Shown: piece after piece, positions 39,848 to 53,680 of the stretch
Numbering within the stretch: position 1 is the stretch's first letter
Layout of the letters: each line of letters begins with the position of its first letter
NCBI RefSeq assembly: GCF_006345805.1
Contig: NC_043011.1
Span: forward strand, 67,592,464 to 67,656,463
Direction: 5' to 3'
Origin: Octopus sinensis
Taxonomy: Eukaryota
DNA: 64,000 nucleotides
Position numbers and translations under genes: made by a program
The notes under the pieces: model-generated
Database searches by the model: none
The model's input: the letters and a program-made list of their open reading frames with translations, nothing else
What the model was told of the DNA's origin: nothing

Positions 39848-40214
39848 AAGTTTAAAGGACTGACCACTAAAAATGGACGGTCAACATGCTAGATATAGAC
39901 GTCAAAATCGCTATTTTCCGCGAAGAATGTGTTCTCAAAAAAAAACTCAGCACAAACCAAAGTGTAAAAAATAAGCAAAACAAATGAAGATATACGAAAT
40001 AACAACGATTAAATATGTAGCGATCAGTTTCGATTGTTAATATCCACGTATCCATATGCGTATATCTTCATTTGTTTTGCTTATTTTTTACACTTTGGTT
40101 TGTGCTGAGTTTTTATTTGAGAACACATTCTTCGCGGAAAATAGCGATTTTGACGTCTATATCTAGCATGTTGACCGTCCATTTTTAATGGTCAGTCCTT
40201 TAAATTTTGTATGT
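39841..40214. repeat. Inverted repeat with ~156-bp arms (39841-39996 and 40059-40214)
   Basis: The arms are near-perfect reverse complements; the unit lies between (TA)n tracts. Confidence 0.93.
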
Positions 40215-40465
40215 AAATATATTTTAATCTTCGGATTTTTTTAATATGCTAGGCCACTGGTTTTGATTGATTAATATCAATTTCTACCCTTATTCAAATA
40301 TATATATATATACACATATGTATATATGTATATACATGTATGTATATACATGTATATATCTACATGTATGTATATATATGTACGTATATATATATGTATG
40401 TATATTTATATATTATATATGTATATGTATGTATGTGTATATGTATATATATTTATATGTTATGT

Positions 40466-40549
<84 letters not shown>

Positions 40550-40550
40550 G

Positions 40551-40595
<45 letters not shown>

Positions 40596-40596
40596 G

Positions 40597-40647
<51 letters not shown>

Positions 40648-40697
40648 TATGTAATATATATTATATATTGTATATATATATATATATAATATATATG

Positions 40698-40729
<32 letters not shown>

Positions 40730-40750
40730 ATGTTATATGTATATATATAG

Positions 40751-40785
<35 letters not shown>

Positions 40786-40962
40786 TGTATGTATATATAT
40801 TGTATATATATATATATGTATATGTATATATATGGATATATATATGTATATGTATATATATGGATATATATATATGTACGCATGTATATATATATCTATA
40901 TAGGTATAAATAAATGTATATATATACATGTATAAATATATGTATATATATATATGTATATA

Positions 40963-42730
40963 CTGCAGAAACAATACTGCTCTGTTTTCAGCAATCCTGA
41001 TATGGCCGATCTGGGCTGTATCAGTGATGTCAACCCCCAACACACTATATCGGACATAACGTTTAGTGCCCCTGATGTCTTAGCGGCGATAAACGAAATA
41101 AAACATAATTCAGCAGTAGGCCCCGATAGGTTCCCTGCTTGTGTCCTGAAGGTGTGTCGACACCAACTTGCATCTCCCCTTGCTAATCTGTGGAGAAACT
41201 CACTGGATGCTGGCTATATTCCAAAAAACCTTCTGCCCAGTCTGTTGTCCCAGTTTTCAAAAAGGGAAACAAGTCCCTTGCAGTGAATTACCCTCCGATC
41301 TCACTCACCTCTCATATCATCAAGGTATTTGAGAGGGTGGTGAGATCTCGAATAACCCAATTTCTGGAAGCAACAGACGGCTGATCTCCAACCAACATGG
41401 GTTCCGTAATGGAAGGGACTGCCTAACGCAGCTCCTGCATCACTTTGAGGACATTTTGAGAGCTTTGGGAGAGGGCTCCAACACCGATGTCATCTACCTT
41501 GATTTCAGTAAGGCCTTCGACAGGGTCGATCACAAGATCCTATTGAAAAAACTATCCAACATTGGTGTCTCTGGAAAGTTACTGAAATGGATTAAGTGTT
41601 TCCTGACAGACAGATCTCAACATGTTGTAGTTGAAGGGGTAAAATCAAGCCCAGCCAAAGTCAGTAGTGGCGTTCCGCAAGGCACTGTGCTGGGCCCACT
41701 TCTTTTCATCATTTACATTAATGACATTAATGACATCATCAAGCACAGCAACATAAAAATCTTTGCAGATGACTCCAAGCTACAGAAGGTCATAAATGAG
41801 GCGAGTGACCGGACATGCCTTCAGTCAGATCTACTGGCTGTTATCCAATGGGCAGAAAAAAACAATATGCTGCTGAACGAGGATAAATTTGAGCTAATCC
41901 ACTTTGGAAAAGAGGATGCCCTGAAACTCCCATACTCCCTTCCTTCAGGTGAAACTCTCGCGGCGTCAACAACATCAGAGACTTGGGAGTAATTGTGGAC
42001 AACAACGTAAGCTGGGCCACTCATATAAACACCAAGTTGACATGGCCCGCAGAATGTGTTCCTGGATTCTCAGAACTTTCCAGTCGAGAGATATCCACAC
42101 CATTATCCTTCTCTTCTCCACTTTTGCCCGACCCCACCTTGAATACTGTTGTCCACTGTGGTCTCCCCACACATACAAGGTATCGTAAAAGTTGAAGCAC
42201 CTCAAAGGGCAATCACAAAAAAGTGATGGCATGACAGGCCTCGACTATTGGGGTCGACTAGAAAATCTAAAACTCTATTCTCTCCAACGTCGTCGTGAGC
42301 GCTACATCATCTGCATGATGTGGAAAATATTCCATCAGCATTGCCCAAATGATGTTGGCATCACCTTTAAGGTACATCCAAGGCTTGGGCCCCGTGCCAT
42401 CCGCCCAAAACAAAAATCGCACTCTCATCTCATAACAACAATACGGCACAATTATTTCACCTCAATTGGCCCCGCTCTCTTAACATTACACCAAAACACA
42501 TTAAAACAGAAACTGACCCTATAGGGTTCAAGAAGTCTTTGGACAGATTCCTTCAAGAAATCCCGGATAAACCCCCTACACCCGGATATGTCTCTGTAAC
42601 AATAACTCTCTACTTGAGTGGGCCATAGTGCCCAATTCTGACTTGAAAGACTTCACCAGGTGGTGCTATAAGTTAGACATGGCCTGGGCCAATATTGGCC
42701 GAAACCTATCAAAGTATCAAAGTATCAAAG
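40963..42730 (+). mobile_element. CR1-group LINE, 5'-truncated
   Basis: RT motifs YLDFSKAFD, GVPQGTVLGP and FADD; YSLQRRRER; tail (TATCAAAG)3; flanked by (TA)n. Confidence 0.9.
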
Positions 42731-42787
42731 TATATATATATATGTATGTATATATATATGTATATTATGTATATATAATATGTATAT

Positions 42788-42830
<43 letters not shown>

Positions 42831-42883
42831 ATATGTATATATATATATGTATATGTATATATTATAATATATATATATGTATG

Positions 42884-42989
<106 letters not shown>

Positions 42990-43027
42990 GTATATGTATA
43001 TATATGTATATATATATGTATATATAT

Positions 43028-46000
43028 CCTTAAATCCTTAAAAATGTTTTAGCCCGAAGGCCGCGGCCATGCTGGGGCACCACCGCTGAATGAGCCACAC
43101 TAGTTTGTGAATCCACCTCTGATACGTGGCACTTGATCAACAAGGGAGTTCGATGCTGCTGCCCGCATCCGTGTCTCCTGTCGTGAGGTAGGTTCATCTG
43201 GGACTCCCAACAAGAAGAGATCCAGTTTAGTTTTAAAGAAACCCACATCCACACCAAGTAAGTCTCTCAGGCATTTAGGGAGGATGTTGAAGAGCTGTGG
43301 TCCTCTGAAACCCAAGCTGTTGCAGTATGGACCTGTATTTTGATGGTGATGTTGGAATCCTTGGCACCACGCAGCGGCGCCCCGTTCTGCGGTTGGAGTA
43401 ACTTTGAATGCCAAAGTTGGGATAAGACCTCCAGGATTTTCCAGATGTATATTACTGCATATCTCTCCCGCCTCCGCTCCAGGGAGAAGAGGTTTAATAC
43501 CTTCAGTCTTTCCCAGTAGCTGACATTTTGCATTGAGACGATTTTCTTTGTGTAGCTTCTCTGAGTTGCTTCGAGTTCTGCTGTTTGTTTTATATTGTGT
43601 GGTGACCAAAGTTGGGAGCAGTAGTCCAAGCGGCTGAGGACAAATGTTTTCCATAGGACCATCAGTGTCTCCTTCTCTCTTGTTCTGAAAGTTCGGAGAA
43701 TCCATCCAGCCAGCCGTCTGCATTTTATCACCAGATTAGCAATATGCATTTGGAAAGATGCATCATTGCTCATGTCAATGCCCAGGTCACGCACTGATTT
43801 TGACTCAGGGATTGCAATTCTTCCTGGGCCAGTGTATCCAGTCTTCACGTCATTTACCTTTGTGTGCCAGTAGCGCAGGGCCTGGAACTTACCTGCATTA
43901 AACTGCATGTTGTTGTCCTCAGCCCACCTGTATATTGTGTCCAGCTCATGTTGCAGATGCGCAATATTTTCAGGGTTCTGTATTGCGTGGGAGACCTTTG
44001 TGTCATCTGCATAGCTAGCAAGGGTGGTCATCGTAGCAACTGAGGCATGTCTGAAAGGGCCACTATGAACATCAGTGGCCCCAAGACAGTGCCCTGTGGG
44101 ACACCGCTTGTTATTTGCGTTTCCCTGGAGGTGGCTCCATTGCTCACAACTGCCTGTTTTCTGTCTTTTAGGAAGTTGTGCAGCCACTCTCCAAGTTTCC
44201 CGCCTATGCCGAGACCACGCAGTTTGTGACAGATCATACCATGGTCGACTTTATCAAAGGCTTTTGCAAAGTCAAGATATATTACATCCACATTTGAGCC
44301 ATTTAGTAGCTGTTTCAACACCCAGTCATAGTGTTGCAGGAGCTGTGTTAGGCAGCCTCTACCTGGTCGAAATCCATGCTGGGTGTCAGACAGTAAGTCA
44401 TTTTCTTCAAGGAACATGATTAGTTTCTTACGGACTATTCGTTCCATGACTTTGCTGATGTGTGAGGTCAGAGAGATAGGCCTATAATTTTTAGCATCTG
44501 CTCTGCTACCTCCCTTATGGATAGGGCATATTACCCCCTCTTTCAGCTTGACTGGGAGCTTACCATTTGCAAGAAAGCTCTGAAAAAGAAGCTGTAGCGG
44601 TTTTGCAAGGGCTCGTTTGCACGATTTGAGAAGGATCGCTGGGAATCCATCAGGTCCAGCAGCTGAGTTTGTGTCAATCTCATCAATGGCTAGTGTGATA
44701 TCATCTTCTTCGATGTTGATGTACTCAATTTTTGTCTCTTTGGCCGCTGGTAAAGTGGCAAAGAATTCTTCTGGGTTGTTTACTTGCCTGTGTCCTAGAG
44801 GTGTAGTGAACACACTTTGGAACTGTTCGTTCAGTATTTCACTTATCCTCGTGGGATTTCCTGTGAGAGAGCCATCTTTTTGGAAGAGAGGTCCTATTCT
44901 CTGGTGCACTGTGGCTGTCTCTTTGGCAAACTTAAAGAAAGCTTTAGGGTTTGATTTTATATTTTCTATTACCCAAGCTTCTTTATCTGCTCTCTCCTTT
45001 TCATGGGACTGATGTAGACTTTTCTCAGTTTCCATTAGCATTCTTTCGAGCCGAGACTTCTCACCACTTTTGGTGTGCTTGCTCAGGCGGTTTGCAATCC
45101 TTGTCCGTCGTCTCATAAGAATCCTCCTTTCTCTAGGGATCCTGTTTTTATTCTTGTGTGTGCTGGCCCTGCACATTGGGACATATTTGTCACATATGGC
45201 TTGTATTATGGACATGAAGTGTTTGTGTTTCATGTTTATGTCCGGTGTGGAGAGACATTCAGGCCAATCCTGTTTGAGGATCTCTTTCTCAATCGACTTC
45301 CAGTTGGCTTTATGAAAGTTTAAGTTGGAGAGATGGTGGGTGCTTCGTATAGGCTGTGTGTCTGCGGGGGCTTTTGTTCCATACATAGACAGCTCTATTA
45401 TGTTGTGATCCGAGATCATTGTCGGCATCACATTAACATTATGGATAATATCCATATTGTTTGTAAAGCAGAGATCCAGTATATTATCTGCCCTTGTTGG
45501 TTGCAGAACTATTTGCTCCATGAAAGAGGTATTTGTGAGATGGAGCAGGGACTCCACCTGTGCCTGCTGATGGTGTGTCATCCCTGGGAGCATCTGCCCC
45601 CCAGGCCATTCCACATTGGGGAGGTTAAAGTCTCCCATGAAGAATACACTGTTGTGCTGTTCAAGGTTGGTGAGGACTTCTCCTATTTTTGTTAGGCAGT
45701 CTTCAAACATGCCTGAGTGTTTTGGGGCGTCTGGTGGGCGATATGTAGTGCATATGACGATATTCAGTTGTCTTATGTGTACAATTTGAGTTTCACATAC
45801 TGAGTTTGAATATGACAGCAGGACCTGGGGCGTGAGGTCATCTCGGATGTACATTGCAACTCCACCATGGCTCCTCCCTTTTCTCTGTGCGTATGACTGC
45901 ATATTGCGGCATGTGTATTTCTGCATCACCTATATCGGGTTCAAGATGCGTTTCTGTGAGTGCCATGCATATAGCTTGATTGCATGTCACAAGGTCTCTC

Positions 46001-46605
46001 AGGAATGAAATTTTCTTTTTACAGTTTCCGCGCAGCAGCCCTCCTACATTCAGTAGAAATATTTTTGTGGGTGTGTTGGTGTTGGTGTCTGTGGTGGCCA
46101 TCCTGCATCTGTTGGAGGTGGCCTTATGTGGTGGTAGTTCCAGCTTTGTGCTTGTAGCCAGGTCAGCTGCTGAACAATTTTTTGTGCCATGCACAAAAAA
46201 GACTGCTGTTCAGCTGCCGCCCTTCTCACATCTGGGTGAAGCTGGCCACCTGTTGGGTTTCCGCGCACCACATCTGCATACCGTCTTTCAGTAGTGGTCA
46301 GTGCGCTTTTTTCCCTTCTTTTAACTTTTTGTTTTTGTTCTCCCTGAGGGAGGGACCTCTGTCTCGCGTCCGGCGGTTTTTGGTAGGGCCTCCGATGTGC
46401 AAAGCGACAGTTTGCACCTTCAACGCCGTACCAGCAGTCCCCCCTCAGGTAGAATTTGCAGGTGTTTCTTTCCCTGCCCTTACAGTTTTTGCTGGGGTCC
46501 CTCTGCTTTCTCTGGACAGGGCTTCCTTTAGCCTTGATTCTGTCACCCTTTACCTCCTGCTTCCCATCAATTCCAGGGTGCCTTTCCCATCAATTCCAGG
46601 GTGCC
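43028..46605 (-). mobile_element. CR1-group LINE with CCCH-finger ORF1 and APE-RT ORF2, frameshifted
   Basis: ORF1 CKFYLRGDCWYGVEGANCRFAH..YADVV; APE LLNVGGL..LTETHL..GDFN..SDHN; RT GVPQGTVLGP and YADD. Confidence 0.92.
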
Positions 46606-46649
46606 TATATATATATATGTATATATATGTATATATATGCGTATATATG

Positions 46650-46686
<37 letters not shown>

Positions 46687-46696
46687 AGAGGTATGC

Positions 46697-47110
46697 AGTA
46701 ATATACATCTAGAAGGAATTGTGCCAAATTTTGGCATTGTAAGCTACACCAATGCTAGAACGGAACGACACTGCATGGTGCCAAAGATCCCAGCAACGCC
46801 ATCACGCTTCAGGACCAGTTACTGCATCAGCCTGGGTTTCAAGGTCCCACAGCCTTTTAATATTCTCCCAAAGAGTCTGAGGAACTTGCACAAAGTAGAT
46901 GTAGGGGTTTTTAAATCAAAGCTGGACCTCTTCTTGTCGAGAGTCCCAGATGAGCCTATCTCACGGCAAGAGGTGCAATTGAGAGTAGCTATATCAAACT
47001 CCATTCTTCATCAAGCGTCACATATTAGAGGAGGATCCTAGTAATAACAGTGTGGCTCAAAACAGCGGTGCATCAGCATGGTCGCAGCTCTGAGCTGAAA
47101 CTTAAAAAAA
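46697..47110 (+). mobile_element. 3' fragment of the same CR1-group family
   Basis: EGIVPNFGI..FNILPK..VPDEP, plus tail GCGGTGCATCAGCATGGTCGCAGCTCTGAGCTGAAAC. Confidence 0.88.
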
Positions 47111-47118
47111 CAAAAATG

Positions 47119-47202
<84 letters not shown>

Positions 47203-47451
47203 ATGTATATAAATATACGTATATATGTGTATGTATATATATATAATATATATATATATATTATATAATATATATATATAATATATATATGTGTGTGTGT
47301 GGTGTGTGTGTGTGTGTATATGTGTGTGTGCATATATATATGTGTGTGTGTGTGTGTATATGTGTGTGCATATATATGTGTATATATATGTATATATATA
47401 TGTGTATATATGTATACATACATATATATATATATATATGTGTATATATGT

Positions 47452-47645
<194 letters not shown>

Positions 47646-47647
47646 GT

Positions 47648-49100
47648 ATCTGGTTCGTAATACCTTTCGGTAAACAAATTAAATTGAACCTTCCCTTACA
47701 GTTCCGTGAAGTCATCGCTAGGAACTTCACCAGAAATTCTAGATATTATTCTATTATCAATTCCTACATAGTCAGAATCGCTTTCTCTAACACTAGAAAT
47801 CTTTCACAAATTATATCTTCTCACAATACCACACTGATAAATAGAGATTCTTCACCCGGGAGTTCCAACATAAATCTTACTAATTCCAACCCATCATACA
47901 GTCATAATAATAGGAATAGTATTAATAGTAATAGCAATGTTAGTAGCGATAGTTTTAACAATGATAATATTAATAATAGTATTAGTCGTGTTAATAACAA
48001 TGATAATGTTGATAGTGATAACAATAACGGAGAAATTACTGATTGTATTACCATTAATAATACTAACAATAATACGAATAGTATAGTTGCTAACGCTAAT
48101 AATAATACTAACAACAATCATAGCAATAAAAACTTCGTTTCGATCTCGGAGGACAAATTTTTGTCTAGTAATTCTAAGATTAAGAATTCTATTTACCAGT
48201 GTAGAATTTCTTCCGGTACCGATGTCTTCTTCTATATAGGAGCGTCCTCTTCCCAGAGAATTTAAAACCATTATTCAACATTCAGGGATAGTAAAAAACG
48301 ACATAGTACAGGGCTAAGTAAATTAGTTTGGCGTCTTAAAGACAATACTATAGATTTCAAGTTAGATTGGTTCATACTGTCTGTATCCTTTCCTTTTGAT
48401 AAGGGCAGGAGATTTTGTAACATTTGCAACTCTGAGCTCTTCCATATTCTCTTCTCTAAGGTTCCCCTTGTAAACACACTCATAGAGAAATCCAATAAAT
48501 GTAAGCACTGGCAGAAACTTACTTTTTACTCTTACAAATGATTACGATAGGCATCGTGCTTTGAACAATTAGCTTAACGTGCACTCCACTTCAATAGTGA
48601 ATTTCTTTCCTAAGCCTTTGAGCATTCTTAATAAACATAGCCTTCCCTTTCCACTGGTTCCCTCTCTATCATTCCTTTAACCCTTCTCTTCCTACTATCT
48701 AACTTTGACGTCAAATCTACTAACGATCTTTTTTTTTAAATCACTTATTGTCGTTTTGTTTACTATGTAGACAGTCAACGAAATATTTGTTTGTCTTGTT
48801 GCCGAGAGAGGCTCCCTTTCTTTCCTGATGAGAAGATTGCATCATGCACCCTTTATTCCTTTGGAATGAAACCATGTGGTCTTCAAAACATATGTCGAGA
48901 GTAAAGGAATTTTGTTAGCATCTTCGTTCGACTCCATTCTTTCATTTATTCATATATAACACAAATTTCTGCAAATGCGTTTCAACCCTTGGACAGGTCG
49001 CTTCAACCGTGTTTCTGACGCGAATTTGCTACCCTGGTATCGGTTCAACGAATTTTCCATGCTGACGATAAACATGGGATAATTCATTCACCTATTGAAA
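47648..49100 (+). mobile_element. Penelope-like element 3' part (linker, GIY-YIG endonuclease, 3'UTR/pLTR)
   Basis: [57 protein letters not shown]; hammerhead downstream. Confidence 0.8.
48820..48901 (+). ncRNA. Type-I hammerhead ribozyme with a G12-to-A lesion in the Penelope 3' region
   Basis: CTTTC-CTGATGA-GAAGATTGCAT...ATGTGGTCTTC-aAAA-CATATG-TC-GAGAG. Confidence 0.7.
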
Positions 49101-49109
49101 TATATGTAT

Positions 49110-52100
49110 GATTGATTGATTGATTGATTGATTCTAGTTTCAGCTCATGAGCTGTGGCCATGCTTGGGCACCGCCATTTGGTGTTGCTACTTGGTTTTAC
49201 TTCACGAAAGCTTTTTAGCAACTGCCATTTGGTGCATGAGAGAGTTCGATGCAGCTGCCCTCATCTGCACCTCCTGTCGTGAAGTTGGTTCATCTGGGAC
49301 ACCTGACAGGAAGAGATCCAGTTCCATTTTAAAGACATCTGCATCAACACCATGCAGGTCTCTCAGGTTCTTCGGGAGGATATTGAAGAGCTGTGGGCCA
49401 CGGAAGCCCAAGCTATCACAGTATCTTGTCCTACATCTTGATGGCAAATTTGGAGTCCTAGGCACCACGCAGTGGCGCCCAGTTCTGGCATTTGTGTAAC
49501 TCTCGATGCCAAAGTTTGGGACACGTCCCTCCAGGATCTTTCAGATGTACATTATGGCATATCTTTCCCGCCTACGCTCCAAGGAATATAGTTTTAATCT
49601 CTTGAGTCTTTCCCAGTAGCTTACATTCTGCACAGAGGCTATCTTTTTCGTGTAGCTACGCTGGATCGCCTCGAGCTCTGTGATCAACTTGACACTGGAT
49701 GCTGACCATAACTGAGAGCAATAGTCAAAGTGGCTTAGGACAAGTGTCCTCCAGAGGACCATCATGGTTTCTTGTTCTCTTGTTCTAAAGGTTCTGAGAA
49801 TCCATCCGGCCAGTCGTCTACATTTCATTGCCAATTTAGCAACATGTACACGAAAGATTGCGTCATCACTCATGTAAATACCCAGGTCACGCACTGATTG
49901 TGCCCCTGGGATTGCTATTCCTCCGGGTCCAGTGTATTCATTGAGTATTGCATTTAGTTTTGCATGCTGATAGTATAAAGCTTGAAACTGTTCAGCATTG
50001 AACTGCATGCTATTCTTTTCAGCCCACTTGTATATTTTGTCCAGCTCACATTGCAGGCGTATAGTGTCCTCAGGGTTCTGTATTGCCTGTGAAACTTTTG
50101 TATCATCTGCATAACTTGTGATCGTGGCTCTCTGCGTGGCTGAGGGCATGTCTGAGAGGGCCACTATGAACAGTAGTGGACCCAGAACAGTGCCCTGCGG
50201 AACACTGCTCACTATTTGCGTGTTAATGGAAGTGGCCCCATTGGCTACTACCACCTGACTTCTATCTTTCAGAAAATCATGAAGCCATTCTCCCAGTTTT
50301 CCAACTATGTTGAGATCACGCAGTTTGTGACATATCATTCCATGATCGACTTTATCAAAGGCCTTTGCAAAGTCGAGATATATCACTTCCACATTTGAGT
50401 GGTTGAGCAGCCGTTTCAGCACCCAGTCATAGTGTTGTAGGAGCTGAGTTAAACAGCTTTTCCCTGGTCGGAAACCATGTTGGGTGTCGGGCAGCAAGTC
50501 ATTTTCTTCAAGGAAGGTGATTAGTTTCCTTCTGACTATTCGTTCCATGACCTTGCTGATGTGTGAGGTCAGAGAGATAGGTCTGTAGTTCTCGGCCTCC
50601 GCTCTGCTGCCTCCTTTATGAATGGGGCATATTTTACCTTCAGTTTTCTTGAAAGTTTGCCAGCTGCAAGGAAGCTCTGAAAGAGGGACTGCAGTGGTCT
50701 TGCTAGGACTCTCTTACATGCTTTTAGGAGGATTGCCGGGAATCCATCGGGGCCAGTAGCTGAGTCTGTTTTCATTTCATCTATAGCCTTTATTACATCG
50801 TCTTCCTTTATATCGATGTAATCTATCGTCGCCGCCTCTGATTTTATATCTGCAGTGGTAAAGAAGTCAGTTGGATTGGTGATTTGGAGATGCCCAAGGG
50901 GTGGAGTGAAAACACTCTTGAATTGCTCATTCAGTATTTCACTTACCCTCATTGGTATTCCTGTAAGTGTGCCATCTTTTTCAAGGAGTGGCCCTATTCT
51001 ACAGTGCACCGTAGCTGTTTCTTTGGCATACCTGTAGAAAACTCTGGGGTTAGATTTTATGTTGTCTATAGCCCAGGCTTCTTTGTCTGCTCTTTCCTTT
51101 TCATGGGAGAGTTGCAGACATTTTTCAATTTCCAACAGTTTTATTTTTAATCGGGACTTTTCACTGCTTTCAATCTGTTTGTTTAGGCGATTTGAAATTT
51201 TTGTACGCCGTCTCATTAAAATTTTCCTCTCTCTGGGGATTTTGTTCTTGTGTACAGTGGCCTTTCTCTCTGGGACACATTTGTAACATATGGCTTGCAT
51301 TACAGACATGAATTGTTGAAGTTTCACGTCGATGTCTGGCGAGGAGAGACATTTAGGCCAGTTTTGTTTGAGGATCTCTTTCTCAATTTGTTTCCAGTTT
51401 GCCTTATGGTAGTTCAAGCTGGAAAGATTCTGAAGGTTTCTTGTAGGCTGCATGCCCGTGCTCTCTTTTGGCCCGTACATGGTCAGCTCTACCATGTTGT
51501 GATCCGAGAGTAGTGTTGGTGTCACTTTCACATTATGGATGAGATCCATGTCATTTGTGAAGCAGAGATCCAGTGTGTTACCTGCCCTGGTTGGTTGGAG
51601 TAGTACTTGCTCCATGTACAGGGTGTTGATGAGGTTCAGGAGGGACCTCGCCTGTCCTCGTTCACATCTTGTCATTCCTGGGAGAGAAAGGCCCTCGGGC
51701 CATCTGACATTGGGTAGATTGAAGTCTCCCATAAGAAGTACACTTATGTGCTGTTCTAATGTGATTAGAACTTCTTCTATTTTTATAAGGCAGTCTTCAA
51801 ACTTGCCCACATGGCTTGGGGCATCTGGAGGGCGATATGTAGCACACACAGCTACATCCAGTTGCCTTATATGTACAATTAGTGTGTCACACACCGAGTT
51901 TCAGTATGACAAGAGGACCTGGGGTGTGAGGTCCTCACGGATGTACATAGCAACTCCTTCATGACTCCTTTCTTTTCTGTCGGTCCGTAGTACAACATAC
52001 TGTGGTATGTGTAACTCCGCATCTGCTATATCCGGTTTCAGGTGCGTTTCCGTAAGTGCTATGCATAAGGCTTGATTGCATGCAACAAAGTCTCTCAAGA

Positions 52101-52855
52101 ACGGGATTTTTGTCCTGTTACTGAGTGGTTGCAGTCCTCTGATGTTCAGTAGGAGCATCGAGGTGAGGTGTATGTTGTTGCCGGCGGTGTCCATCCTGGG
52201 TCTGTTTGCTGTGGTGGTCTTGTATATAGTGGGTAGTCCCACCTGCGAGCTTGGGTTTGATGAAGCCAGGTCAGCTGCTGTACAATCTTTTGTGCCATGC
52301 ACAAAAAAGATTGCTGCTCAGCAGCTGCCCTTTTTAACAACATCATGTTTGCGGTTTGTGGCACGCACAACATCTGCGTACCTCCGCTTTGAGGCAGGTG
52401 GTGCGTGGACCTTCCCTTTTCCTTGTGTTGATGGCTTGTCCATCTGCCTCGTGTCTCTGCGGCAGGGTCCCCGATGTGCAAAGCGGCTGCCTGCACCTTC
52501 CTTTCCATGCCAGCAGGTACCTCTCAGGTAGAACCTACACACCCGTCGGCGCTGTTTGTTTCCATCCTTTGCAGTTCCACTTCCATTCCTGGTTGTTTCA
52601 CCCTTTGGTCCTGCTTGAGCTCTTCCTTTAGCTCTTTCAGTCCTTCTTTTAGTTCTTCCTCCCTCTACTTCTTCCCTGGTTTCTCCATCTCCATGGCCCT
52701 TGCTGCCGATAGGAGCACTTGCACTTGGGTTCACTTCCCGGGCAGGTTTCTCACTCAAAACCTCTTCCCGGGTGTCCACCAGGTGGGGGTGACTTCTTTC
52801 ATCGTCTCCATTCTTGCCATCTTTGCCCTGCTCGTTCTCAAAGATGGAATCAAGT
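49110..52855 (-). mobile_element. CR1-group LINE, near full length, with (ATCA)n tail
   Basis: ORF1 52146-52850 (CRFYLRGTCWHG..RFAH); APE 51901-52302 and 50569-51894; RT 49541-50548 (YADD). Confidence 0.92.
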
Positions 52856-52877
52856 GTATGTATATGTATATATATAT

Positions 52878-53680
52878 ATCTGGATCTCTGCTTCACGAAC
52901 AATATGGACATCATTCATGATGTGAAAGTGACACCGACATTAGTTTCGGATCACAACATAATAGAGCTGTCTATGTTTGGGCCAAAAGTAACCGGAGACA
53001 TACAGCCTAAAGGAAGCAGCCTAAATATCTCCAATCTGAACTTCCACAAAGCAGATTGGAAATCGATCCAAAAAGAGATCCTCAGAGAGGACTGGCCGGA
53101 ATGTCTCTCCACACCAGACATTGACATGAAACCCAAAGGCCTTCTTTCATTACGCAAAAGGAACAGTCTCAGTGCACTACAAGATAGGACCCCTCCTCCA
53201 AAAGGATGGCTCCCTCACAGACAGTCCAACTAAGATCAGTGAGATGCTGAATGACCAGTTCAAAAGTGTCTTTACCACCCCGTTGGAACACAGAAAAGTG
53301 AACGAACCAGTGGACTTCTTTGCCGCCTCACCTATAACCAACGAGGCGGTTACAATAGAATGTATTGACATTAGCTAAGAAGATGTCCTACTAGCCATAG
53401 ATGAAGTGGACACAAACTCAGCTGCTGGTCCAGATGGTTTCCCAGCAATCCTCCTCAAAGCGTGTAAGCATGCCCTGGCAAAACCCCTCAAGATTCTCTT
53501 CCAGAGCTTTCTTGCGAATGGCAAACTGCCAAGCAAACTGAAGGGGGGAATAATATGCCCAATACATAAAGTGGGAAGTAGAGCAGATGCCAAAAACTAT
53601 AGGCCTATCTCTCTGACTTTACACATCAGCAATGTCATGGAACGGATAGTCAGAAAGAAACTAATCGCATTCCTCGAGGA
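52878..53680 (+). mobile_element. Internal fragment of the CR1-group family, with an internal deletion at ~53130
   Basis: LDLCFTNNMD..SDHN..TPDIDMK is joined directly to PKAF..GPDGFP..YRPISLT. Confidence 0.88.

Noticed and set aside
40267-41043. Many long YI/IY/CV-rich ORFs here and at 22.3-22.9, 34.8-35.3, 42.6-43.0, 47.0-47.7 and 62.4-63.3 kb
   Set aside because: They are translations of (TA)n, (TATG)n and (TG)n microsatellites.
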